64,000 nucleotides of DNA from an uncultured Verrucomicrobiae bacterium (GTDB taxonomy: Bacteria; Verrucomicrobiota; Verrucomicrobiia; Chthoniobacterales; JAFAMB01): assembly GCA_963837955.1 (NCBI GenBank), contig CAWIPH010000002.1:1024001-1088000 (forward strand), read 5' to 3'. Both the position numbers and the translations under genes were made by a program. The notes beneath the pieces were generated by a model. The model made no database searches and was not told where the DNA came from. It saw nothing but the letters and a program-made list of their open reading frames with translations. Positions 37,769 through 47,555 of this stretch are shown here, piece by piece (position 1 is the first letter of the stretch; each line of letters opens with the position of its first letter).

Positions 37769-39616
37769 ATGGGTCGCATTGTTCTGTTGCCAGATGAAGT
37801 GGCAAGCCAGGTGGCGGCCGGTGAAGTGGTGGAACGTCCAGCGTCCGTGGTCAAGGAGTTGGTTGAAAACAGCGTCGACGCGGATGCTAAACGGATCGAG
37901 GTCGCCATCGCCCGGGGAGGCGCCTCGCTCATTAGAGTAGTTGATGACGGCGTCGGAATGGACCGCGACGACGCTCTGCTCAGCTTGGAACGGCACGCCA
38001 CCAGTAAGATCCGGACGGGTCAAGATCTGGCGAGAATACGTACGCTGGGCTTCCGCGGTGAGGCGTTGCCAAGCATCGCTAGCGTTTCGCGATTTCGGAT
38101 GGCTACGCGGCCATCGGATAGCATTGAGGGGACTGAGATCGTCGTAAACGGGGGAAAAATCGAAACGGTCAAAGCATCGGGCGAAGCGCCCGGAACTTTG
38201 GTGGAAGCAAAATCTCTTTTTTTCAATCTGCCCGCGCGCCGAAAATTTCTGCGAAGCGAAAACACCGAAGCGAGCCATGTCCAACACCAACTCTTCCTTC
38301 AGGCGATTGGTCACCCAAATGTTGGGTTCGTGTTCGTACGCGATCAATCTCTCCTTTTCCAGGCGCCGCCTACTTCGAACCTCGCGGACCGCATCAGGGA
38401 TCTGCGTGGCCAGCAGGCACTTGATCAATTGGTCGAGATTGATCCGTTTACCAGCGGTACAATTTCGATTCGTGGTTTCGTCGGCAAGGCTGGGATCAGT
38501 CGCTCGACCAGAGCGGAGCAGCTTGTTTTCGTCAATGGTCGTCCCATCGAAAACCTGACGGTCCAACATGGGTTGCGAGAGGGGTATCACACCGCTCTCA
38601 TGAAAGGCCAATACGCTCTCACTTTTCTCTTTATCGAAATGGACCCGGCCGAAGTGGATGTGAACGTGCATCCGGCAAAACGAGAGGTCCGATTTCGAGA
38701 TCCCGACCAAGTTCGGGACATCATTGCCGAAGTTGTCCGGCGGACGCTGCAGGTAGACCGCGTCCGCTGGAAGCAGGCTTTCCAAGGTCCTTTGCCCACC
38801 CAAACGCTCCCTTCATCCGGCCCTGTCTTAAGCGTCCTACCGCCAGAGAGTCGGCCGCTGTTTTCGCCGGCTGAGGAATTTGCTTTACGGAAAGATTGGT
38901 CGGAATTCAACTCCTCGCCGCCGTCTCCGGAAATGCCGCCGAGCGTCAGTTCGGAGCCGCCGGTTGAGATATTTCCGATTTCCTCTGATGGCGAGCTTCC
39001 TGAATCGGTTGACCCGGGCGTAGCCAAAATCAAGGGCGAGAGTTTCCGGGTATTGGGTGTGCTTGGTCGACTCTATATTCTAATGGAAAACGGCGACGGG
39101 CTCGTTCTGGTCGATCAACACGCAGCGCATGAACGGATACTTTTCGAGCGACTCCGAACACAGCTGGAGCAAGCCGGTGTGCCTTGCCAACGGCTCTTGA
39201 TTCCGATCGTTTTGCCAGTTCCTCCCAAGGATTTCGATTGGCTTCTTTTGCATGTGGCGACACTCCAGAAAATGGGGTTTTTGATGGAGCCCTTCGGTGA
39301 AGGGACACTGAAGATCGATGGGATACCGCAATTCTTCCGGGCAGAAGATCCGGCCGGGGCGGTGCGACAGCTCGTGGATGAACTGCGATCGGTTACCCAA
39401 GGAACATCCCGACTCCGATTAGGCGAAGACGTGATCGCAAAAACCGTTTGTCGTCATGCCATTAAAGCCAATGACGAACTGCGCGCCGCTGAGATCGATC
39501 AACTCATTCGCGACCTGCTAGCTTGTGATCTGCCTTATTGTTGCCCTCACGGGCGCCCGACTATGATCCAAATCGGCTATCACGAACTGGAGAAGAAATT
39601 CGGGCGGAAGGTGTGA
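37769..39616 (+). CDS. mutL: DNA mismatch repair endonuclease MutL
   Basis: AAGEVVERP, GFRGEAL, DVNVHPAK, DQHAAHER and CPHGRP. Confidence 0.98.
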   Translation: MGRIVLLPDEVASQVAAGEVVERPASVVKELVENSVDADAKRIEVAIARGGASLIRVVDDGVGMDRDDALLSLERHATSKIRTGQDLARIRTLGFRGEALPSIASVSRFRMATRPSDSIEGTEIVVNGGKIETVKASGEAPGTLVEAKSLFFNLPARRKFLRSENTEASHVQHQLFLQAIGHPNVGFVFVRDQSLLFQAPPTSNLADRIRDLRGQQALDQLVEIDPFTSGTISIRGFVGKAGISRSTRAEQLVFVNGRPIENLTVQHGLREGYHTALMKGQYALTFLFIEMDPAEVDVNVHPAKREVRFRDPDQVRDIIAEVVRRTLQVDRVRWKQAFQGPLPTQTLPSSGPVLSVLPPESRPLFSPAEEFALRKDWSEFNSSPPSPEMPPSVSSEPPVEIFPISSDGELPESVDPGVAKIKGESFRVLGVLGRLYILMENGDGLVLVDQHAAHERILFERLRTQLEQAGVPCQRLLIPIVLPVPPKDFDWLLLHVATLQKMGFLMEPFGEGTLKIDGIPQFFRAEDPAGAVRQLVDELRSVTQGTSRLRLGEDVIAKTVCRHAIKANDELRAAEIDQLIRDLLACDLPYCCPHGRPTMIQIGYHELEKKFGRKV

Positions 39617-39640
39617 GTCCCGGGTTGGACATGCCCACAC

Positions 39641-39886
39641 TCGGAGGGTGCGCCGCTTGCGGCACCCGGGAAGGATCCATCGCGTCCCGAGGCGTCCGAG
39701 CCGATGATTAGTAAGCAGTAAGCAGTAAGCGGTGAGCAGTAGGCGGGAGGCCGACGCCAGAAGTCGGAGACGCCAGGTACGCCGACCATTAGCTATGATT
39801 CGACGTCACAGAAGGGCTTCGTCGGACAGGTCGGCGTACCGGGCGTATCCGACCTCTGGCGTCGGCGCCCCGCTTACCGCTCACTA
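39641..39886. repeat. Composite repeat: REP family C half (39642-39693), (AGTAAGC)n heptamers and a family E inverted pair
   Basis: 39642-39693 matches the reverse complement of 35661-35712; CCGACGCCAGAAGTCGG..ACGCCGACC / GGTCGGCGT..CCGACCTCTGGCGTCGG. Confidence 0.82.
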
Positions 39887-39894
39887 TTCAACGC

Positions 39895-40287
39895 TCACCC
39901 TTTCCGCGAGCTAGAGATCCCGGTAGTTTGGGCGAGCTTGCGCCCGAGATAAGCTGTCAGTAACGGTCTGGCCAACGACCAGACGCCGTCCCAAATCATC
40001 CAAGCCAAGTCCCGTTTTCGGTCGGCTTGTCTTGGTCCTTCTTTCAGCCGGCGGCGCCCGCCGTCCTCGAGAGAAATCTTCTTTCGCCGCCAGGGTAGGC
40101 GAGCAAGGATCCATCCCAAAATGCCAGCCAGCGAGAGCCAACCCCACGAGTGGCGGCGAAACGAAGCAGAGACTCTTCCCTGGATATCCAGTTGCCTTCG
40201 CACGAGGGATGCGGCGCCTGCTAACTCCAGACGTGTCGCTTCCAGCTCTTCAATTATTCTGCGTTTCGCGTCTTCGTCTTTAGCCAT
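39895..40287 (-). CDS. YqjK-like small membrane protein
   Basis: Third gene of the DUF883 / holin-X trio; amphipathic N-terminus plus WGWLSLAGILGWIL. Confidence 0.7.
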   Translation of the reverse strand: MAKDEDAKRRIIEELEATRLELAGAASLVRRQLDIQGRVSASFRRHSWGWLSLAGILGWILARLPWRRKKISLEDGGRRRLKEGPRQADRKRDLAWMIWDGVWSLARPLLTAYLGRKLAQTTGISSSRKG

Positions 40288-40673
40288 TCACGATCTTTCT
40301 GTAGCTCTGCCAAGGTCAGAGAAAAAAGCGGCCGGAGAATGCGAAATCGAAGAATGACAGCGGCCACGATGCTTCCGAGCAGAAGAATGCCGGAACAAAG
40401 CAAGGCTCCCCATCCCCATTCCCAATGCAATAAAGTGATAATTAGATAGAGAAGAAATACGGCGAACATCAGCAAGAAGCCGACGAATAAGGCAATAGTG
40501 CTCGCGAACAGGATCGCCAGAACCAGAAGATGCATGCCCGCATCCTTTGATTCCAACCCCAATAGCCGAACGCGCAGCTCGGCATACCGTAACAACGAGG
40601 CGACCCAATCACGGATTGAGTCGCCGGTCGAAACCCGCTCTGTCTCAGCTCCTGGAGGAGCCTCCGAGCTCAT
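40254..40673 (-). CDS. Phage-holin-family (YqjE-like) membrane protein
   Basis: RVRLLGLE, two TM helices and TLAELQKDREWL. Confidence 0.8.
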   Translation of the reverse strand: MSSEAPPGAETERVSTGDSIRDWVASLLRYAELRVRLLGLESKDAGMHLLVLAILFASTIALFVGFLLMFAVFLLYLIITLLHWEWGWGALLCSGILLLGSIVAAVILRFRILRPLFSLTLAELQKDREWLKTKTRNAE

Positions 40674-40677
40674 AGCC

Positions 40678-41004
40678 TCATTTGCGGAAAAGCATGCCAA
40701 GGACGAATCCGACGCCTAAAGCGACCAGAACTGCTCTACCCGGATTGTCTCGAACATATGCTTCGCCTTCCGTCTGCCAATATTTCGCTTTCGTGCGAGC
40801 ATCTGACCAGGCGTCTTCCGCCTTTCCGCGGTAGTGTTTCGCCTTGTCTTCAGCGGCTGCACGAATCTCATCAGCCTTCTGTTCGGCAGCTTTTCGAATT
40901 TCTTCTGCTTTCGCAGTAGCCGCTGTCTTAAAGTTGTCGGCTGCAGCCTTCAAATGATCTTTGCCTTTCTCCGCTGCAGTCTGGGGATCGGGTTTTTGGT
41001 CCAT
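40678..41004 (-). CDS. DUF883 (ElaB/YqjD-like) protein
   Basis: Ala/Lys-rich helix; YVRDNPGRAVLVALGVGFVLG. Confidence 0.88.
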   Translation of the reverse strand: MDQKPDPQTAAEKGKDHLKAAADNFKTAATAKAEEIRKAAEQKADEIRAAAEDKAKHYRGKAEDAWSDARTKAKYWQTEGEAYVRDNPGRAVLVALGVGFVLGMLFRK

Positions 41005-41091
41005 AGTTCTCTGCCTTTCTCACCACAACATGTTCGTTGCGAGCGCTATTAGCGCTCGTACCGATTCTATACTAGTCACCAAATCGGTGCA

Positions 41092-41310
41092 CTAGGTTTC
41101 GCGGAAGATAATTCTCGCTTTGGTCATGTCGTAAGGCGAAATTTCGACTTCCACTCTGTCTCCCGGCACGATCCGAATAAAATTCTTTCGCATCTTGCCA
41201 CTGATGTGGGCCAAAACTTTCTGGCCGTTAGGCAAATTCACACGGAACATCGTATTGGGAAGCACCTCAGACACGACGCCTTGCGTCACCAGCGATTCTT
41301 CCTTCGCCAT
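41092..41310 (-). CDS. infA: Translation initiation factor IF-1
   Basis: [38 protein letters not shown]. Confidence 0.98.
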   Translation of the reverse strand: MAKEESLVTQGVVSEVLPNTMFRVNLPNGQKVLAHISGKMRKNFIRIVPGDRVEVEISPYDMTKARIIFRET

Positions 41311-41357
41311 TAACATAACTTGCTCAACAACTTCCTGATTTTCAAACGGATAGCTAA

Positions 41358-41972
41358 CTAGAACTGCAAGAGACCGAACCTTTCCGGCACATGAAAAGTT
41401 CCGGTGTGACTCGGAGACCAGGAGGAGAGCTCTCGCGGGTGATGATGTGGTCTTTCGATTCGGCAAAAGTTTGCTCTCCAGGTTCCCCGGGGGTAGCAAT
41501 CACCAAGTGCTGAAAATGGTATTTGCAGCGCCGCTACCCAGCCGTAAGGCAACCGGCCAGCCGCGGTGATCAGTCCGTCACAGTGCCAATCGAAATCCTT
41601 GCGCAGACCGGCAGGAATCCGCCGAACAAAAACGTCAAGAACAGTATTGAGCGGATTAACCTCAAATTCAAAATAACAGCTTCGATCGCCGAACGGATCA
41701 AGAAACACCTCAACCACCTCCTCCTCCCAGAGCGGCTGGTCATGCTGCGTGAAGGTTGCCCAAGGTTCGGGATCCTGGCATAGGAACAGGACTAACAGTG
41801 CCTGCGGTTCCCACCCAATCCGAACCTCTGTTCCCCACTGGGGATGCTGGCCTGAAACGTTTTCCGAAAGATAAAGCCGGGCTGCTTCTGACCAGCCACC
41901 CCGAAGCGCATCCAAGGAAACTCCATCCCAGGGAGGAATTCGCGGACACAGAATTTCCGGAAGCCTGAGCAT
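41358..41972 (-). CDS. Carbohydrate-binding family 9-like protein
   Basis: [31 protein letters not shown] and FHVPERFG. Confidence 0.85.
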   Translation of the reverse strand: MLRLPEILCPRIPPWDGVSLDALRGGWSEAARLYLSENVSGQHPQWGTEVRIGWEPQALLVLFLCQDPEPWATFTQHDQPLWEEEVVEVFLDPFGDRSCYFEFEVNPLNTVLDVFVRRIPAGLRKDFDWHCDGLITAAGRLPYGWVAALQIPFSALGDCYPRGTWRANFCRIERPHHHPRELSSWSPSHTGTFHVPERFGLLQF

Positions 41973-42005
41973 GAGCAAAACAGTTCCGGTGCGCCTATTG
42001 AAGCG

Positions 42006-43184
42006 TCACGCTTTCGAGTCTTCGATCAACTTTGCAAACTGATCGAAGAAATAGGTGGCGTCATGTGGACCAGGTGCGGCCTCCGGGTGGTACTGGACGC
42101 TAAAGACCGGATGATTGCGATGCCGCATCCCTTCCACCGTACCGTCGTTGAGGTTGATGTGTGTAACTTCCACGTCGGCCGGGAGAGATTCGGCATCGAC
42201 CGCAAAACCATGATTTTGTGCGGTGATTGAAATTCTTCCGGTGTTCAAATCCTTCACTGGCTGATTTCCGCCCCGATGACCAAACTTGAGTTTTGTCCGT
42301 TTTCCGCCATAGGCAAAGCCGAGAAGTTGGTGTCCGAGGCAAATACCGAAGATTGGGCACTTCCCGATCAGGCTTTTTAGCTCCAGATATAGGTATTCCA
42401 AGGCTCCTGGATCCCCGGGACCGGGCGAGAGAAACACTCCCTCAGGTTTTAAAGCGAGCACAGCTGCCGCTGAGGTCGCTGCCGGGACGACTGTCACCTT
42501 AAAGCCGTGCTGGCGCAGTCTGCGCAAGATGTTGAACTTGAGCCCGTAATCGTAAGCAACGATACGGTGACGAATCGGTGGAAGCTTTTTGTAAGCCTGC
42601 CCGTTGTCTAAAGTTGCCTCGACTTCGTCACCGCCACCTTTGATCAGGGTCCATTCCCGGCTCAACTTGTCACTAGGATCCCACTCATAACTATCTTTCG
42701 TCGTAACCTCTTTGACGTAATCGGAGCCGACCATTTCCGGTGCCGCCTTGGCCAGACGGACCGCCTGGTCCGGATTGTCACTCTCTGTTGTAATGCAGGC
42801 GTTCATGGCTCCTCGAACCCGAAGATGTTTGGTTAGCGCACGCGTGTCTACGCCCTGTATCGCGGAGACCTTCCAGCGCTTGAGATAGTCATCGAGCGAT
42901 CCGTTCGCTCGCCAACTACTGGTGACTGCAGACAGCTCTCCCACCACGAAGCCGCGGACATGCGGATTGAGACTTTCGTCATCCAATCCATTGACACCGT
43001 AATTGCCGATTAGCGGATAGGTCATCGCCACGATCTGACCGCGGTAGGACGGGTCGGTCAACACTTCCTGGTAGCCCGTCATCGTCGTGTTGAAACAAAT
43101 CTCGCCAACAGCGGTGCCTTCAGCGCCAAACGGTTCACCGTGAAAGACGCGCCCATCTTCGAGAGCGATCAGAGCCTGCTTCAT
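42006..43184 (-). CDS. carA: Carbamoyl-phosphate synthase small subunit
   Basis: GYQEVLTDPSY, GPGDP, GICLGHQ and QYHPEAAPGPHD. Confidence 0.97.
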   Translation of the reverse strand: MKQALIALEDGRVFHGEPFGAEGTAVGEICFNTTMTGYQEVLTDPSYRGQIVAMTYPLIGNYGVNGLDDESLNPHVRGFVVGELSAVTSSWRANGSLDDYLKRWKVSAIQGVDTRALTKHLRVRGAMNACITTESDNPDQAVRLAKAAPEMVGSDYVKEVTTKDSYEWDPSDKLSREWTLIKGGGDEVEATLDNGQAYKKLPPIRHRIVAYDYGLKFNILRRLRQHGFKVTVVPAATSAAAVLALKPEGVFLSPGPGDPGALEYLYLELKSLIGKCPIFGICLGHQLLGFAYGGKRTKLKFGHRGGNQPVKDLNTGRISITAQNHGFAVDAESLPADVEVTHINLNDGTVEGMRHRNHPVFSVQYHPEAAPGPHDATYFFDQFAKLIEDSKA

Positions 43185-43504
43185 TTCGGGCGGAAATATC
43201 GGGGCGATCATCGCTTTTCCAAGTGGAAAGTGTCGAACGCAGCAGCCCAACAGCCAATATTCCGTAGCGATCCCACAACGTGCGAATGCGCGTTAACACA
43301 AACCCCGGACGGGAGGGATCGCAGCCTGTCCGACATAGCTTTTGATGCATCGCGCTCAACGACCGTGCGCTTTTGCGACGTCGGATCCTCGCGATCCGCG
43401 GGTTGCGCATGCGCGTCGCCATAGGGCCGATATCTGGTCTCTGCCCTGGAGGGGAGGGCGCACAGCCAATCCGACATGGCGCGAAGTGGGGAACGCCGGG
43501 AGCC

Positions 43505-43733
43505 GTCCCGGAGGGACGCAATGAAAGTAGCCCAGTACGAAGTGCTGGGAAAAATGTAAAAAGAGACGTCCGTCCCGTCAGGGACGATAGAAGCGTTTTG
43601 GTTCCTTGTCCTCTCGTATGCCGGCTTCACCAGCGTAAAGAGCCATCGATCGTCCCGTCCGGGACGGGTCGGTTCTTTTGAAGGCCTCCCCAGCACTTCG
43701 TACTGGGCTACTTTCATTGAGTCCCTCCGGGAC
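43505..43733. mobile_element. Non-autonomous palindromic element family D, copy 2 (opposite orientation to copy 1)
   Basis: 45-bp terminal IRs with one mismatch; interior aligns to the reverse complement of copy 1. Confidence 0.85.
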
Positions 43734-43746
43734 GACTGCGAAACCG

Positions 43747-45027
43747 CTACCGAAGAGATCGACTATTGGTCATCGCCCTGGCCAAAGCCGGTGCAAGGTT
43801 TCCGCGCTTACTTACCGCGATGCGCTCTAGGTTCAACCAACGGCCGAGATCCGATAGTTCAGTACTCAATGGTTCAACGATATCTTCTGGTTTAGTCCCG
43901 GCTTCGTGATGAGCCGACAAGACTTTCAAGGTACCGGTCGCTCGGTCCGCCTTCAGATCCAGACGGGCCACGAAGGCCTCTCCTAAAAGGAACGGTACGA
44001 CATAGTATCCGTGTTCCCGTTTATGAGCAGGCGTGTAGATTTCGATTCGATAGCGAAATCCAAACAGTCTTTCGGCTCGCCGCCGATCCCAAAGCAGCGG
44101 ATCAAATGGCGATACCAGCGCTTTTGCTCCGATCTGCCGGGGTAGGTGCGCTTTCGGATCGAGGAAAGCCGGCTGGGACCAGCCGTCCACCTTTACCTGG
44201 GTCAATTCGCCCGCCGCTACTAGCTCCTCGATCCCTCTCTGACCCGCCTTCGGCGTGAGTCGAAAGTACTCGCGTAAATCGCTGGCAGTGGCTATCCCCA
44301 ACGCTCTTGCCGCAACCCGGAGGAGCATCCGGTGTCCATCCGTTTCTGACACTTCTTCGGGGCGAAAATTCGGGAACACTCGTCCGGTCAAATCGTAGAC
44401 TCGTTCGAAATTGCGACGGTTTGCGGTCGTAAGTCGCCCTATCCAAAAAAGCCACTCAACAGCTCTCTTGCAATCGCTCCACCCCCACCAGCCAGCGGTC
44501 CGGCGCTCGGCCAGCAGGACTTTCTCAAGTTGGCCGGCGCTCATCGGCCCGCAGTCTCGGATCTCGGACTCAATTCGCCGGAGTAGCTCCGGTTGCTCGG
44601 TCGCAATGTCTCTAACCCCTCTCCAGACTCCTTCGCCAGTGCTCGATTTTCGCATGCGCCATCCCAAATAGGAAAGTAGATCCAAACGGATGAGCGAAGC
44701 TTCATGGCCCCAATACTCGAAGAGATGGCGTTTTCGCGGATGGTAGGCTGCTTCGTCCAACCATTCCACCGGATAGGGACCAAGCCGGGAGAAGAACGGC
44801 ATGTAATGAGCTCGGACAAGCACGTTCACCGAGTCGATCTGAACTAGGCCGAGGCGTTCGAGAATTGCTTTGAAGTGCCGCCGGGAAAGGGATTGCGGTC
44901 GCGGCAGTGCGAACCCCTGCGCGGCCAATGCGATCCGCCTGGCTTCAGTGGCGGAAAATCTGGCCCGCTTTGACCAGCGACCCCCCGGTTTCAGAGCGGT
45001 GCTGTTCGATTCCCGGGAATCATGCAT
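43747..45027 (-). CDS. YcaQ/AlkZ-like winged-helix crosslink-repair DNA glycosylase family protein
   Basis: QIDSVNVLVRAHY, EYWGHEAS, SPFDPLLWDR and RIEIYTP..KR.HGYYV. Confidence 0.9.
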   Translation of the reverse strand: MHDSRESNSTALKPGGRWSKRARFSATEARRIALAAQGFALPRPQSLSRRHFKAILERLGLVQIDSVNVLVRAHYMPFFSRLGPYPVEWLDEAAYHPRKRHLFEYWGHEASLIRLDLLSYLGWRMRKSSTGEGVWRGVRDIATEQPELLRRIESEIRDCGPMSAGQLEKVLLAERRTAGWWGWSDCKRAVEWLFWIGRLTTANRRNFERVYDLTGRVFPNFRPEEVSETDGHRMLLRVAARALGIATASDLREYFRLTPKAGQRGIEELVAAGELTQVKVDGWSQPAFLDPKAHLPRQIGAKALVSPFDPLLWDRRRAERLFGFRYRIEIYTPAHKREHGYYVVPFLLGEAFVARLDLKADRATGTLKVLSAHHEAGTKPEDIVEPLSTELSDLGRWLNLERIAVSKRGNLAPALARAMTNSRSLR

Positions 45028-45051
45028 GGCCGTCCCACTGTTCTCGCCGGC

Positions 45052-46338
45052 TTACCACGAGAGCTGGTTCCAGTAAGTCACCGCACCATTATGTTTTTTT
45101 ACAAAGCGGACCGAGCCGTCCTGCGAAATGACAATGGCTACGCAATTGGGATTCTGATCGCAGAGCCGATAAACGGCGCGATGGCGCGTCCCAACATCGT
45201 CGAGTGCTTCCTTCGCCCAGATCTCTGCTTCAAGATCCATTGCTCGCCTGACGCCGGTCAACTCAGGCGCTTCCGACAAAAGTTCTGCGCCAAATCCGAC
45301 GATCTCGTTACGTTTGGTCAGAATCAGCGCACCATCGACCGCCATCAAATCCGCGAGAAAATGGGCGAACTCAAAAAGCGCTTCATCAAGTTCGCTTAAT
45401 TCGTGATCGGCAAAGCTTTGATACTCCATCCAGCCAACGTCCTTAATCTTTTGTTCATGGGCCAAGTGCGCAAGCCGAGCGAACGCCGCTGACAACAAGG
45501 CTCGGTAACGTGAGCGTTGTTCATCGTTCGTTAACCGATACTTAAAACGGATCGCCTTAGACGTGACAAAAGCCGATTCTTCTTCTGGCTCGATATATAC
45601 GAGAGTTCCCCCATGTTTCGAGTCTCGCACCACGCTCAACGTTCTCCGCAGCACATTTTGAGAAATGACACGAAGGAACTCTGCGTTGAGCGGAACGTAC
45701 GGCAGGTCAAGATTGCCATAAATGGACTTCAGGGTGGCCGCCCGAACGCTTTTAAAGGACTCAGGAAGCCAGCTGGATTGGAAGAGGTCGAAAGCGTTGG
45801 CCTCCAGTTGACCACTGCTCAGTGCTGCCACGCGTTGATGGCCGACAAAAACGGTTAACCGACCCGGACCTAGCGCGTGAATGACGACGCGTTGGGGGAG
45901 AGGCGCGCTGGAGAATCGGCCGCCATCCACGGCATTAACCCAACGGGTTCCCGAAAGCAAAATACCCCAAATCTTGAGCTGTTCCTCTGAATCGGGGTAC
46001 ACACCGATAAGCGACCGGAAAAAGTCTGCGGCCATCGATATGCGTCGGACCTCTTGTTCATTAAAAGGTCGCGGACGATCAAGCGAGAAACCGGCGACTG
46101 AGATCGGAGGCATCTCCGGTTTGATCAGCTCGTCCGGATTTCCCAGGAGCAGCCGGAACGTCACCGGACGCAGTTCTTCCCGCAGCAGGCTCGCGTGGTA
46201 AGCGACATCAAGCAAGAAGCGCAAATGACTGTCGCTGGGCAAATGATCGAGCGCATCGGCAGGCCACACCTTCTTGACCAACTCGGCGAGCTGGCCCGGA
46301 TAGGAGTATCCAAGATAACTGTGAAGCCGATGCGTCAT
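45052..46338 (-). CDS. DAC (DisA_N)-domain protein with N-terminal putative sensor domain (DACNV-like)
   Basis: HGGTLV, AVDGALIL, GFGAE, GTRHRA and ISQDG; no TM helices. Confidence 0.8.
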   Translation of the reverse strand: MTHRLHSYLGYSYPGQLAELVKKVWPADALDHLPSDSHLRFLLDVAYHASLLREELRPVTFRLLLGNPDELIKPEMPPISVAGFSLDRPRPFNEQEVRRISMAADFFRSLIGVYPDSEEQLKIWGILLSGTRWVNAVDGGRFSSAPLPQRVVIHALGPGRLTVFVGHQRVAALSSGQLEANAFDLFQSSWLPESFKSVRAATLKSIYGNLDLPYVPLNAEFLRVISQNVLRRTLSVVRDSKHGGTLVYIEPEEESAFVTSKAIRFKYRLTNDEQRSRYRALLSAAFARLAHLAHEQKIKDVGWMEYQSFADHELSELDEALFEFAHFLADLMAVDGALILTKRNEIVGFGAELLSEAPELTGVRRAMDLEAEIWAKEALDDVGTRHRAVYRLCDQNPNCVAIVISQDGSVRFVKKHNGAVTYWNQLSW

Positions 46339-46610
46339 GAGTAAGTGATTCTAAAGGCCATACTTAATAGCGACCGGTTAGTGATTGCAACGATCGGTGT
46401 GCTCAATGACTAGTTCGTAATCAGAGGGAAGCGGACGGAGCCTATCGGCATTCGCCCGCCGCCCGGTAGCGGCGACTAGCTTAGTCCGACATAGTCCGAT
46501 GATTGCCATTATCACATTGTTTTCATCAGCCGACGTCGGATCCCCCGTTAGGCTTAGAGTGTGAGCTCGACCATCAAGTTCAATCAAGGGTCCATGTCTG
46601 ACACCCATTA

Positions 46611-46695
46611 CGCCGACACGCCGGGAGCGCCGGCTTGTCCGACGAAGCCTGCCGGAGTTTCAGACGACGGAGCGAAGTAGGAGAACGCCAAACGC
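46611..46695. repeat. REP-like family E copy
   Basis: ACGCCGGGAGCGCCGGCTTGTCCGACGAAGCC resembles the reverse complement of 39813-39850. Confidence 0.55.
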
Positions 46696-46700
46696 GCCCA

Positions 46701-47555
46701 CTACCGGATGAGGAAGAACTTCGCGATGCAGTAGTCGAGAAACTCGGCTGGCAGCCGGCGGGGTATACTCCATTCCACGAGCCGATTAGGCACGATGGCG
46801 TAACGGGCCCGGGGCCTTCGAGCGGTTAGGACACGCCAGATCAGTTCGCCCACTCTTTCGGGCGGAAAGCCACTTTTTGCTTCTTTCATTGCTTGCTCTG
46901 CCAGGCGGCGCAGCGATCGATCATACGGTGTATCCGGAAACTGTTGAACGACGACGCCTTCCGCTTTGTCCCAGATCGGGGTTACTATTGCGCCCGGTTC
47001 GATCAGAATAACATTGATCCCGAAAAGCATCAGTTCTCGTCGTAAGGAATCGGAATATCCTTCCAGCCCAAATTTGGAAGCCGCATAAGCACCGAGGAAT
47101 GGTACTGCAAGTCGCCCGCTGACCGAGCTGATGTTAACGATGCGCCCCGGTTTTCCCTTGCCGTTTGGATCGATTCCGAGCATCGGCAAGAAAGCTTGCG
47201 TCACGGTGTGAACTCCCAAAAGATTTACCTCCAGCTGCAGCCGGAAACGCTCGAGCGGCAGGTAGGCGAGCGGGCCGGCGACCGCGATACCTGCATTGTT
47301 AACGAGTCCAGCCAGCCGCTGGCCTTCCAATGCTCTTTTAACAGTCACCGCGGCTTCATTTACCGCGTCGGGATCGGTTACATCGAAAATAAGAGGGGTG
47401 TAGTCTTTTCCAAGTTGCTTCGTTAACCGTTCAGCGTCGGCCGGAGTGCGTACACTGCCAAAGACGTGAAACCCATGCTGGATGAGTACCTGGCAAGCCG
47501 CAAACCCGATTCCAGTGGATGCGCCGGTGATGACCACGTCTCGCATATCGTTCAT
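46701..47555 (-). CDS. SDR family oxidoreductase
   Basis: TGASTGIG, NNAG and YAASK. Confidence 0.95.
   Translation of the reverse strand: MNDMRDVVITGASTGIGFAACQVLIQHGFHVFGSVRTPADAERLTKQLGKDYTPLIFDVTDPDAVNEAAVTVKRALEGQRLAGLVNNAGIAVAGPLAYLPLERFRLQLEVNLLGVHTVTQAFLPMLGIDPNGKGKPGRIVNISSVSGRLAVPFLGAYAASKFGLEGYSDSLRRELMLFGINVILIEPGAIVTPIWDKAEGVVVQQFPDTPYDRSLRRLAEQAMKEAKSGFPPERVGELIWRVLTARRPRARYAIVPNRLVEWSIPRRLPAEFLDYCIAKFFLIR

Noticed and set aside
37751..38803. 350-aa antisense ORF in mutL, and similar ones in pfkA (29319-30215), clpC and CNNM
   Set aside because: Shadow or alternate-frame ORFs over well-supported genes
40254..40673. Holin as evidence of a prophage
   Set aside because: Part of the ordinary yqjD/E/K-like stress trio; no phage genes nearby
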